A DNA stretch of 63,265 bases, filler included. It is 6 parts of 6 records of this genome, joined end to end, with 100 filler letters (N's around TTAATTAATTAA, not from the genome) between each part and the next. Parts side by side here need not be neighbours in the genome. Positions count along the whole stretch, not along the records: positions 1 to 12,252 come from SRR31156797_10101; 5 more parts are not named here. One strand, 5' to 3'. The notes below the pieces were generated by a model, which was given only the letters and a program-made list of their open reading frames with translations, did not search any database and was not told the origin of the DNA. This document shows, piece by piece, positions 1 to 9,220 of the stretch. Both the position numbers and the translations under genes were made by a program. Position 1 is the first letter of the stretch; every line of letters starts with the position of its first letter.

Positions 1-164
1 TTCTGATTTCCTAGCTGTTTCTATATCACAGCAATCTCAAATCTGCATGGATTGTCATAATATTTGCGTAATCGGCCATATACATGTACCATGGTTCTTT
101 CGTAAAATCAGGACGCTTGAATCCGGAGAAATTGTTTTTTTTGCCCTAAATTAAGGAGACTTGA

Positions 165-944
165 ATGATTGAAAAACAAATTAACGGGATCACTTTTTTA
201 ACCGGTACCTGGCCGCTTGCTTCCGACAGACCGACCCTTGTTTTTATTCATGGGGCCGGTGACTCCTCACTCTTCTGGAAGCATCAGATCCAAGGGTTGT
301 CGGATATGATCAATGTCATTGGAATCGACCTGCCGGGGCATGGCAGAAGTCCCTCCCCCGGCATGGCGAGCATCCCCGATTATGCCGGAAGCGTTGCCGG
401 GTTTATACAGGATGCGCAAATACCGTCTCCCATACCCTGTGGCATCAGCATGGGCGGCGCCATAACCCTTCAACTCCTCCTTGATGGAAAAGCGGGCTGC
501 AGGGCCGGGATCGTGATCAATTCCGGAGCGAAATTGAAAGTCATGCCGATGATTTTCGATCTGATTGAGAATGATTTTCCCGGATATGTCAATTCCATCG
601 GCGCATTTGCCGTCTCACAAAAAACGGATAAAAAGCGAATGGCATTTGTGATCGACGGGTTGTCAAAAACACCGCCGGAAGTGATCGGCAATGATTTTAA
701 AGCATGTAATGCTTTTGATGTTATCGAACGGCTGGAGGACATTTCCGTTCCGGTTCTGGTGATGACTGCCGACGAAGACCACCTGACCCCGTCAAAATAT
801 GGTGAATTCCTGGCCGGTAAAATCAAGGGCGCCGCCCATGTGCTCATCCGTGATGCCGGCCATCTGTCGCCGGTGGAGAAACCCGATGCGGTCAACGGGG
901 CCATTCATGATTTCATAAGGGATTTCGCCCAGGACGAACGGTAA
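165..944 (+). CDS. Alpha/beta-fold hydrolase
   Basis: FIHGAG oxyanion motif, GISMGG nucleophile elbow, D(EDH) acid and GHLSP catalytic His; GGAG RBS upstream. Confidence 0.9.
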   Translation: MIEKQINGITFLTGTWPLASDRPTLVFIHGAGDSSLFWKHQIQGLSDMINVIGIDLPGHGRSPSPGMASIPDYAGSVAGFIQDAQIPSPIPCGISMGGAITLQLLLDGKAGCRAGIVINSGAKLKVMPMIFDLIENDFPGYVNSIGAFAVSQKTDKKRMAFVIDGLSKTPPEVIGNDFKACNAFDVIERLEDISVPVLVMTADEDHLTPSKYGEFLAGKIKGAAHVLIRDAGHLSPVEKPDAVNGAIHDFIRDFAQDER

Positions 945-1030
945 CGGTTGTTTCGTTTTCTTTTTATGCGAAAGCTGCTATATTGCCAGGGATTTCTTTT
1001 GATCCTTATGATATAGACGGGAAGCGTTGG

Positions 1031-1225
1031 ATGATGAAAAAAACAGCTTTGCTTTTGATCCTTTTTGTGGCGGGCCTGAATCTTACAGGGTGTGTTTTAA
1101 CCAAGATCGTCACCGTACCCATGCGGGTGACAGGCGCGGTCATCTCCGTTGTGCCGGTGGTCGGCAACCAGGTGGACGGAGCCATTGATACGGCCGCGGA
1201 TGCCGCGGATAAACTGCCCATTTAA
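1031..1225 (+). CDS. Small lipoprotein (DUF6726-like)
   Basis: MMKK-hydrophobic-LTGC lipobox, then TKIVTVPMRV.GAVIS.VPVVG; ATG at 1031/1034 preferred over the track's TTG at 983. Confidence 0.7.
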   Translation: MMKKTALLLILFVAGLNLTGCVLTKIVTVPMRVTGAVISVVPVVGNQVDGAIDTAADAADKLPI

Positions 1226-1354
1226 GGGATAATTGCCTCCCCTGGCATTCGGAAGAAGCTGTTCTAACCGGCGCTTGTGTCATGTTTCTCTGAAGTATTT
1301 AGATGCGTTTTATTCATTATTGAAATTCGTTTTGAATATGGAAAAGAACTTGAT

Positions 1355-4300
1355 ATGGCTCACAGCTTTGAGATTTTAGCATCTAAGATTACCGTTCCCC
1401 GGTTATCCGGTGCCATGGTGCGCACGCGGCTGAATCCTTTCCTGAAAGGGATGCCGGACCACAGGCTCACCCTGGTCACGGCCGGGGCCGGGTATGGCAA
1501 GAGTACCTTTGTGGCCCAGGCGTGCGCCATGGCGGACCGGACCGTCTGGTATCGAATGGAGCAGAACGACAATGATTTTACCACCTTTGTAAATTACATC
1601 ATTGCCGGATTTAGAAAACACGATTGCGAATTCGGGGAAAAGACCCTTGAGGTTCTTTTTCGGACGCCCCCTTCGGAAGAGCGGCAGCGCAGGGCCCTGT
1701 CATGCCTTGTCAATGAAATGGCCGCGGCACAACCGGGACGTACGCTTCTGGTGCTCGATGATTTTCATCATGGGGATTCATGCATTGATATTAAAAACGC
1801 CCTGGTGTTTCTGATAAACCATGGGCCGCCCCGGCTTCACATTGTGCTGGCAAGCCGCACTTTACCCGATCTGCCCCTTTCCACCTATCGTGCGCGGGGG
1901 GAGGTTCTCCATGTAAAGCAGGCGGACCTCTCGTTTACCACTCCTGAAATCGCCACCCTGTTCTTTCAGCTGTTCGGTTTTGAAATCCCAAAGGAAAAAC
2001 TGGATACCCTGCAGGAAAAGACCGGGGGCTGGATTTCTGGGGTGATGCTCTTTTATCACTCCTCCATCAACCGCAGCGCAGATGAGATAGACGCCTCATT
2101 AAATGATCTTTCAAGAAATCAAATGATCTTCTACGAGTTCATGAGCGAGAATGTCTATCTGCTGCAATCGGATGAAATCCAGGCGTTCCTCCTGGAAACG
2201 TCCCTTCTTTCCCGTCTCGATGTGGCGTTCTGCAATCTCTATCTTGGAATAGAAAATTCGGCGGGCATCCTCGAGTCCCTCGACACAAGGCATCTTTTCA
2301 CCGCCTCCTTGACGGATGACCGGTCCTGCTATGCCTTTCATGATCTGTTCAGGGATTTCCTCAAAAGCAGGCTCAGGCAGGAACATGGCGGTGACGGCCT
2401 GAAGGAACGCCATAACCGGATCGCGTCCTGTTATAAGCAGACGGAACAATATGAAGATGCGCTTGTTCATTATCTGGAGGGTGAAAATTATGATGACGCC
2501 ATAACCGTTCTGGGCGCGGTTGGCAGGGAAATGTGCATGGAGGCAAAATTCAGCAGGCTGAGTTCCTTGTTGAACCGGTTCCCGGAAACCTGCCGGGAAC
2601 GGGAGCCCCTGCTGCTCTCCCTGCAATCCAATATCTGCGCATCATCGGGTAAATTCAACAAGGCGGTCCGGCTGGGGAAAAAAGCGTACACCTTTTTCCA
2701 AAAGACGGAAATGACCGAAAGCGCCTTTTTCGCCCTGAGTGACCTTGCCCGGTCCTATTATCTGCGGGGCAATTTCCTGAGTGCTGAACGCGCCCTCTAT
2801 GAATTGCTGGATCAGCCGGCCCTCCCGGAGCAGTTGCGGATTGAAACCCTCGGCCACCTGATCTTCATATCCGCCTACCTCGGGAAGATCGATATTGCGG
2901 ATACCCATTATTCAGAAGCAAAAAAGCTGTTGGATGCCTGGATCGAAACAAGGCGGAACAAAGAGCTGGAAGCCTGGATCGATCTCAACAAGGGCTTTCG
3001 CCATTACTTTTGCGGTGAAAACCGGAAAGCCGTGGCGATTGCGGAACAGGCGAAGATGAACCTGGATTCCTTTTCTTCGACCCAGCTCCTTGCGTTCTAT
3101 TACCATCTCATATCCCTGGCATGCTATTTTACGGGAGAGACCGGGCTTGGCATGGAACGGGTCAGCCAGGGACTGCAACTGGTCAGTGATAACGGGTTTC
3201 AGGATACCCAGAAGGCATGGCTGCTTCTCAGCTCGGCGTTGCACAACCTCAGTCAGAAAAAGATGGAAGATGCCATGCGGGACACTGAAAACGCATATGG
3301 CATCTTTCAGCGGGGGGGCGGTAAATGGGGAGAAGCCTCGACTTTGATCGTTTTCATCGTCATCTACCTGGTTGATGAAAAGTACGACAAAGCATTCGAG
3401 GCGGTTCAGCTTGGAACGGCATTGGTCAGGAACCACAATTTTCCCATTGAAGAGGGGAAATTTATCTATTATACCGCATTCCCCCTGATTGAAATGGGGG
3501 CGTTTGAAAAGGCGGAGGCCTTGCTTCACCGCGCTGAGAAACTGCTTTCCCACTCTGTCTTTGAATCCTGCCTCATAAAATATTTCCATGCATATCTTCA
3601 CCTGAAAAAAGGGGACCTTGAGAAGTCCGGGGCCATGGCACGGGCAGCACTGGAACTGTCACGGTTCAATGGCTATGAAGACTGGTTTCTCTCAAAGGTG
3701 AAATGGGTGCCCGAGGTGCTTGGGGCGGCACAACTCCCGGACAAGCTTGAACGGCCTGTGCATTCGGGAAAAGTGGCGGACAATTCCCTGATCCTGAACC
3801 CCGTTGGCAGGGCGGTGGCCGTGACCCGTCGGAGGGAGCAGGACCCGGCCCTGTGCCCTCACACCCCGGCGCCGCTGAAGGTATACTGCCTTGGTCGGTT
3901 GAGAATTTTTGTCGGTGAAAATGAAATCCCTAAAAAACAGTGGAAAAGCAAAAAGGCACTGGAGATCTTCAAGTACCTGATCCTGGCGCGAAGCAGGGGG
4001 TATACCCCCAAAGAGGTGCTCATGGAATTCCTTTGGCCGGAGGAGAGTCCCGAAAAGACAGGGAAACGGCTGCATGTGGCCCTGCCTGCCTTCAGAAAGA
4101 CCCTTGAACCCCATCTGAAAAGGGGCTCCTCCTACCTGCAGAGGGAAAAGAACGCATATCGAATTGATATCACCCGGAACGGTTTCGTGGATATTGATCA
4201 GTTTCTGTCGGAGATCAAGCGTGCCGGGGCATGCAGGGATATGGACACAAAACTGGGGCATCTGCACGCGGCCCTCTCCCTGTATAAAGGGCCGCTGTTT

Positions 4301-4627
4301 GAAGAAGACCCCTATGCGGAATGGTGTTTTGATGAAAGGGAAAGACTGGAAAGAGCCTACCTGGCGACCATTGGAGAGCTCATTGCCATCTATGAAACCC
4401 AGGCGGCATTTGAAAAGTGTATTCTTTATTCGGAAAAATATCTTGAATCCGATCCCTTTTCAGAGGAAGTGTATCGAAACCTGATGTACTTTTACTCAAA
4501 AACGGGAAACACTCCCATGATTATAAAAACCTATGACCGATGCAGGCACAATATCGTTTCCAACCTGGACTGTCCTTTGAGTAAAAATACCGTCGAGCTG
4601 TATCACCGGATGGTCAGCTGTTCATAA
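1355..4627 (+). CDS. MalT-like STAND ATPase/TPR transcriptional regulator with C-terminal SARP (wHTH + BTAD) module
   Basis: SKITVPR start, Walker A AGAGYGKS, LVLDDFH Walker B, LASR, TGGW and YAFHDLF MalT motifs; helical repeats; C-terminal VYCLGRL..WKSKKA..LWPE..LYKGPL..DPFSEE BTAD; ATG 1355 preferred over GTG 1277. Confidence 0.88.
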   Translation: MAHSFEILASKITVPRLSGAMVRTRLNPFLKGMPDHRLTLVTAGAGYGKSTFVAQACAMADRTVWYRMEQNDNDFTTFVNYIIAGFRKHDCEFGEKTLEVLFRTPPSEERQRRALSCLVNEMAAAQPGRTLLVLDDFHHGDSCIDIKNALVFLINHGPPRLHIVLASRTLPDLPLSTYRARGEVLHVKQADLSFTTPEIATLFFQLFGFEIPKEKLDTLQEKTGGWISGVMLFYHSSINRSADEIDASLNDLSRNQMIFYEFMSENVYLLQSDEIQAFLLETSLLSRLDVAFCNLYLGIENSAGILESLDTRHLFTASLTDDRSCYAFHDLFRDFLKSRLRQEHGGDGLKERHNRIASCYKQTEQYEDALVHYLEGENYDDAITVLGAVGREMCMEAKFSRLSSLLNRFPETCREREPLLLSLQSNICASSGKFNKAVRLGKKAYTFFQKTEMTESAFFALSDLARSYYLRGNFLSAERALYELLDQPALPEQLRIETLGHLIFISAYLGKIDIADTHYSEAKKLLDAWIETRRNKELEAWIDLNKGFRHYFCGENRKAVAIAEQAKMNLDSFSSTQLLAFYYHLISLACYFTGETGLGMERVSQGLQLVSDNGFQDTQKAWLLLSSALHNLSQKKMEDAMRDTENAYGIFQRGGGKWGEASTLIVFIVIYLVDEKYDKAFEAVQLGTALVRNHNFPIEEGKFIYYTAFPLIEMGAFEKAEALLHRAEKLLSHSVFESCLIKYFHAYLHLKKGDLEKSGAMARAALELSRFNGYEDWFLSKVKWVPEVLGAAQLPDKLERPVHSGKVADNSLILNPVGRAVAVTRRREQDPALCPHTPAPLKVYCLGRLRIFVGENEIPKKQWKSKKALEIFKYLILARSRGYTPKEVLMEFLWPEESPEKTGKRLHVALPAFRKTLEPHLKRGSSYLQREKNAYRIDITRNGFVDIDQFLSEIKRAGACRDMDTKLGHLHAALSLYKGPLFEEDPYAEWCFDERERLERAYLATIGELIAIYETQAAFEKCILYSEKYLESDPFSEEVYRNLMYFYSKTGNTPMIIKTYDRCRHNIVSNLDCPLSKNTVELYHRMVSCS

Positions 4628-4853
4628 TCCCCGCCGTTTAAAAAAAAATTCCCCTTTTAGTTTTAAATTAGTTCTTCGCATATATATGTTTCGTTAAACC
4701 ATACGCGTTCTATGTGCAAAACAGAACATCGCAGGATGACCATGGGTCACGGATTCGCCACCACGTTTGAAAATCAACGCTTGAGACCGACGGCAACAAA
4801 GGTTGCAGGCGTTTAACCGATTAACCCTTATAACCTGATTAAGAGGCGGTGCC

Positions 4854-7334
4854 ATGTCGAAAATGAGATACAGCATTGAAAAAGCATTTGAAAATCTTGC
4901 AAGGGGGATTTACAGAAACAGGCTGAAAACACTTTTTGTCATGTTCATGGTCTTTGGGGCACTGGCATCCATGGTGTCTGATTTATCCATTGATACCTCA
5001 ACCGAAGAGATGCTCCATGCGGATGATCCCGCCCGGATCAAATACGATGAATTCAAACGTCAGTTCGGCCACTCACCCCTGGTTCTGATCATGGTCACAC
5101 CGCCGGAGATTTTCGAATCCGCTTTTCTTGAGAAATTAAAACGCTTCCACCAGGAACTCGAGGAGGAGGTCCCGTACATCGATGAAGTGACAAGCCTCTT
5201 GAACATCAGAAGTACAAGGGGGGAAGGGAACACGATTCATGTGGACGGCCTGCTTGAAGGGTGGCCGGAAAAAAACTATGATCTTGGCGTCGTAAAAACC
5301 ATTGCCGGGAACATCCCCCTCTATACAAATCATATTTTGTCAAAAGACCGTAAAAGCACTGCCATCATCCTTAAAACCGACGCTTCCGCGGACGATCCCG
5401 GCCATGATCGTGAACGTGAAGACCATATGATGGATGATTCCATGGGCGGTGATGAGGTCATGTTTTCGGAAACGGCCCCGGCATCGGTTCCCGAAGCGCT
5501 CTCCCCGGATGAAAACGCCCTGGTGTTTGATGCGGTAAACAGGTTGATCAAAAGATACGAAGACGACGATTTTCAAATATCCTTTACGGGCGGGCCGGTG
5601 GTGTTCGACGTGTTCAACCGTACCACGGACAAGGATATGAGAAAGTTTTCCGGCCTCACCACCCTTGTGATCGTTATTTTTCTGGTGATTCTTTTCCGGC
5701 GGATCACCGGTGTTGTTTTGCCCCTGATCGTTGTCAACATGTCCATGTTTTCAACCCTCGGGCTGATGGTCTTGACGGGTACGCCCATCTCAATGATGAC
5801 AACGGTGATCCCCTCATTCCTGATTGCGGTCGGCATTGCCGATTCCGTGCATGTCCTGGCCATATTTTACAGAAAGTACCAGGAGGGGGAGAGCAAAGAG
5901 AATGCCATCGCTTATGCCCTGGGGCACTCGGGCCTGGCCATTGCCATGACCAGCCTGACCACCTCGGCCGGACTTCTCTCCTTTTCCTTTGCGGAAATAT
6001 CCACCATCGCAGATATGGGAATTTATGCTGCCGCGGGTGTTTTCCTTGCATTGCTGTACTCCATCATCCTTTTGCCCGCACTGGTTGCCGTTGTGCCGGT
6101 GGTAAGGAAAAAGGCAAATCCGAAAAAAGTAAAAGTTTCGTTCATGGACAGGATTCTCCTCGGTTTTGCGCACTTTTCAACCAGCCATCCCATAAAAATA
6201 GTCATTTGCTCACTGATCTGTTTTGCCGTTTCCATGGTGTATATTTCCCGGCTTGAATTTTCAAGTGATATACTGGGATATTTCCCGCCGGACCATGAAG
6301 TCAGAAAAGATTTGAGTCAAGTGGAGGAAAAATTCGAAGGGACCATCACCGTGGAGATCGTTGTCGATACCAAAAAAGAAGACGGGCTCCAGGACCCTGA
6401 AATCCTCAAAAGCCTTGAAAAGGTCACCAATGCGATACTGGAGATCAAAAACGGTGATGTCCATGTGGGGAAAGTCTTTTCCATTGTGGATATCGTAAAA
6501 GAAACAAACCAGGCCCTCCACGGTAATGATCCCGCTTACTATTCCATCCCCCGGGAGAGGGCCCAGGTTGCCCAGGAACTCCTGTTGTTTCAGAACAGCA
6601 AGCCTGAAGACCTTGAAAAAATCACAGACAGCAGGCTGAGCAAAGCCAGGGTCACCATCAATACCAAATGGGTGGATTCCGTCATCTACGAATCGTTTGT
6701 CGACCATCTAAAGATGGTATTTGAAAAGGAGTTCCAGGGCCGGGCCCAGGTGACCGTAACGGGTCTTTCAGCACTTCTTGCCCGGACCATTCCGGCAGCA
6801 TTGCACAGCATGACGAAAAGCTATTATATCGCTTTTTGCATCATCACCCTTCTGATGCTGCTTCTGGTGGGAGATATCAAGCTTGGCCTGCTCAGCATGG
6901 CGCCCAATCTTTTGCCGATCATCATGGTCATGGGCCTCATCAGCTCCCTTGGCATCAATCTGGACATCAACACCCTGTTTATCGGGAGCATCGCCATCGG
7001 ACTTGTGGTGGATGACACGATTCACTTCATGTACAACTACAAGAAATACTACGATCGTACCGGAGCCCCGGTGCTTTCTGTGGAAAAGACCCTGCTTGGC
7101 ACCGGAAGGGCGCTCTTCATCACCTCTGTGGTGCTGGCCGCCAATTTCTTTGTAATCACAACGGCAACACTGAACCACAGCATACGGTTCGGGTTGTTTA
7201 CGGGTATTGTCGTCATACTGGCCCTGCTTGCGGACTTTGTTCTTGCCCCCGCCCTGATGGTTCTTGCAACCGCCAAAGGAGAGGCAAAGAGCATGGCGCA
7301 ATTACAGGGAACCGCCATCAAAACAATTGAATAA
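4854..7334 (+). CDS. MMPL/RND-family transporter
   Basis: Two repeats of TM + large periplasmic domain + 5 TM; TM4 IAVGIADSVH and TM10 IGLVVDDTIHF acidic motifs. Confidence 0.9.
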   Translation: MSKMRYSIEKAFENLARGIYRNRLKTLFVMFMVFGALASMVSDLSIDTSTEEMLHADDPARIKYDEFKRQFGHSPLVLIMVTPPEIFESAFLEKLKRFHQELEEEVPYIDEVTSLLNIRSTRGEGNTIHVDGLLEGWPEKNYDLGVVKTIAGNIPLYTNHILSKDRKSTAIILKTDASADDPGHDREREDHMMDDSMGGDEVMFSETAPASVPEALSPDENALVFDAVNRLIKRYEDDDFQISFTGGPVVFDVFNRTTDKDMRKFSGLTTLVIVIFLVILFRRITGVVLPLIVVNMSMFSTLGLMVLTGTPISMMTTVIPSFLIAVGIADSVHVLAIFYRKYQEGESKENAIAYALGHSGLAIAMTSLTTSAGLLSFSFAEISTIADMGIYAAAGVFLALLYSIILLPALVAVVPVVRKKANPKKVKVSFMDRILLGFAHFSTSHPIKIVICSLICFAVSMVYISRLEFSSDILGYFPPDHEVRKDLSQVEEKFEGTITVEIVVDTKKEDGLQDPEILKSLEKVTNAILEIKNGDVHVGKVFSIVDIVKETNQALHGNDPAYYSIPRERAQVAQELLLFQNSKPEDLEKITDSRLSKARVTINTKWVDSVIYESFVDHLKMVFEKEFQGRAQVTVTGLSALLARTIPAALHSMTKSYYIAFCIITLLMLLLVGDIKLGLLSMAPNLLPIIMVMGLISSLGINLDINTLFIGSIAIGLVVDDTIHFMYNYKKYYDRTGAPVLSVEKTLLGTGRALFITSVVLAANFFVITTATLNHSIRFGLFTGIVVILALLADFVLAPALMVLATAKGEAKSMAQLQGTAIKTIE

Positions 7335-7343
7335 AGGAGGAAC

Positions 7344-8270
7344 ATGAACATGACAATGGAAAGATCAATGAAATTTTTTATTCGCGCAGGCGTTCATCTG
7401 ATAACGGTATTTTGCCTTACGCTGATAACTGTCCTGCCCGGTGGGGCATCTGAAGTACCCCGGAACCTGTTGGAGCCGGAGGGCTTTTCCAGCACGCTCC
7501 TGGAGAAATATCGCACGGTCCGGGACTACACGGCGGTCATGCTCAAGCAGGAGCGGGTTGGTGGAGAAATGGGCGAGCTTGAAACCATTGAGTTCAAATT
7601 CAGAAAACCCGGTGACATTTACATGAAATGGGTGGGGGAAGCCAAGAACGGGCAGGAATTGATCTATCGGCCTGGCAGGAACGGAAACAAAATAATCGCC
7701 CACAGGGGCGGATTCTGGAGTTTCCTGACCGGCAAGATGGACCCCATGAGTAATATGGCCATGAAAGACCAGCATCACCCCGTTATGACGGCGGGTGTCG
7801 GCCCGACAACCCAAATGGTGCTCAAGGACCTGAGAAAGGGAGTAAAAAACAATGATATCTCTCCCCGGTACATGGGTGTGGTGGATCTCGGGGGAGAAAA
7901 GGCCTATCGATTTGAAACGCTTTTTCCCCATCCTGTCAAAGAAGCGTCTTTTACTCACATTGCAAAGGAAGATGAGACCCTGTGGGACCTGGCCGACCGG
8001 TATGATATTGCCATGTACTCCATTTTCATGCTGAACAAGGAGATCGACCCCTCGGATGAACTGGATGAGGGAACAGAGGTGCTCATCCCTGAATACTATT
8101 GCGCCAAATCAAACGTTTACATCTCAACAAAAAACATGATGGTCATTAAGATCGAGAGCTATGATCAGCATGGCGAACTCTATGAAATGTACCACTATAA
8201 GGATATCAAGCTGAATGTCGGTCTCTCGGATCTGGATTTTGATACGAGTAATCCGTCATACGAATTCTAA
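7344..8270 (+). CDS. DUF1571-like (LolA-fold) periplasmic protein with inserted LysM domain
   Basis: Signal peptide; DYTAVMLKQERVGG..KFRKP..YMKW..GQELIY; LysM HIAKEDETLWDLADRY..N....DELDEGTEVLIP; C-terminal N.GLSD.DF. Confidence 0.75.
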   Translation: MNMTMERSMKFFIRAGVHLITVFCLTLITVLPGGASEVPRNLLEPEGFSSTLLEKYRTVRDYTAVMLKQERVGGEMGELETIEFKFRKPGDIYMKWVGEAKNGQELIYRPGRNGNKIIAHRGGFWSFLTGKMDPMSNMAMKDQHHPVMTAGVGPTTQMVLKDLRKGVKNNDISPRYMGVVDLGGEKAYRFETLFPHPVKEASFTHIAKEDETLWDLADRYDIAMYSIFMLNKEIDPSDELDEGTEVLIPEYYCAKSNVYISTKNMMVIKIESYDQHGELYEMYHYKDIKLNVGLSDLDFDTSNPSYEF

Positions 8271-8366
8271 TGGCTGAACCGTTTTTCCTCCTCCTCTCCA
8301 GCCTGCCGGGGCAACTGGGGGCAACCATGACACCCTGGCCTGGCTGGGGAGGAACAAACGCAGCTA
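8271..8366 (+). other. Long intercistronic stem-loop
   Basis: Nested complementary blocks GGCTG/CAGCT, CGTTT/AAACG, TTCCTCC/GGAGGAA, CCAGCC/GGCTGG, GCCGGGG/CCCTGGC. Confidence 0.6.
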
Positions 8367-8408
8367 TAAATAAGCACTCTTGCTTGAAACCATGGATGGG
8401 GAGTCATC

Positions 8409-9218
8409 ATGATAAAAAAACTGTTTCACCTGAAAGCGGTCCTGTCGGTTTTCCTATTACTCATGCCGGGAACCGTCAGTGCCGATCAACCTGAAGCAAG
8501 ACGGATCATGGAAAAGGTCGAGGCCGTGGATGACGGTGATAATCGCACCGCTGATATGCTCATGATCCTCACCGATAGAAACGGAGCAAAACGAAAGAAG
8601 TATTTCAAGACTTTTTCCAAAGAGTATGGCGAGGATTCCAAACAGCTCATGATCATTGACCGTCCCGCAAATGTCAGAAATTCCGGATTCCTGACATATG
8701 ATTACGACACCCCCGACAAGGATGACGACCAGTGGCTCTATCTGCCGTCCCTCGGGCGGCCCAAAAGAATTGCCTCGGGCGACAAGGACGGGAGTTTCAT
8801 GGGCTCCGACCTTAACTATTCCGACATGACCTCGAGGGAGCTTGAGGATTATGACTACCAAATCCTGAAAGAGATGACCCTCAAGAATGAAAAGGTCTGG
8901 CTGATCGAGTCCCTTCCCCGGTCGGAGGAAGTGATTGACAGGACCGGTTACAGAAAATCGATCCTGGCCGTACGCCAGGACATTTACATGGTCTCGCGGA
9001 TCAAGGCATGGCCGGCCAAAGGCAGTTATGTGAAAATTACTGACTTCAACAAACTCGGAAAAATCGATGGAATTCTTGTGTACAAGGATATCCGGGTGAT
9101 CAAGAAGGCCGGCAAAAGCATCACCCACAAAACCCAACTGCTGCTGAGCGACATTCAGTTTAACCAGAACCTGTCTGATGACCTGTTTACACTCAGGAGA
9201 CTGGAAAAAGGGCTGTAG
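8409..9218 (+). CDS. Outer-membrane lipoprotein-sorting (LolA-like) protein
   Basis: Signal peptide; P..VR..GFL.YD...DDDQWLYLP.L...KRI...K.GSFMGSD..Y.D signature; ends FNQNLSDDLFT.R.L. Confidence 0.85.
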   Translation: MIKKLFHLKAVLSVFLLLMPGTVSADQPEARRIMEKVEAVDDGDNRTADMLMILTDRNGAKRKKYFKTFSKEYGEDSKQLMIIDRPANVRNSGFLTYDYDTPDKDDDQWLYLPSLGRPKRIASGDKDGSFMGSDLNYSDMTSRELEDYDYQILKEMTLKNEKVWLIESLPRSEEVIDRTGYRKSILAVRQDIYMVSRIKAWPAKGSYVKITDFNKLGKIDGILVYKDIRVIKKAGKSITHKTQLLLSDIQFNQNLSDDLFTLRRLEKGL

Positions 9219-9220
9219 GG

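Noticed and set aside
4814-4835. Three TAACC repeats before the MMPL gene
   Set aside because: Irregular 8- and 9-nt spacing and too short to distinguish from chance.
8270-8494. 74-aa ORF between the DUF1571 and LolA-like genes
   Set aside because: Overlaps the next gene and is explained by a GC-rich hairpin.
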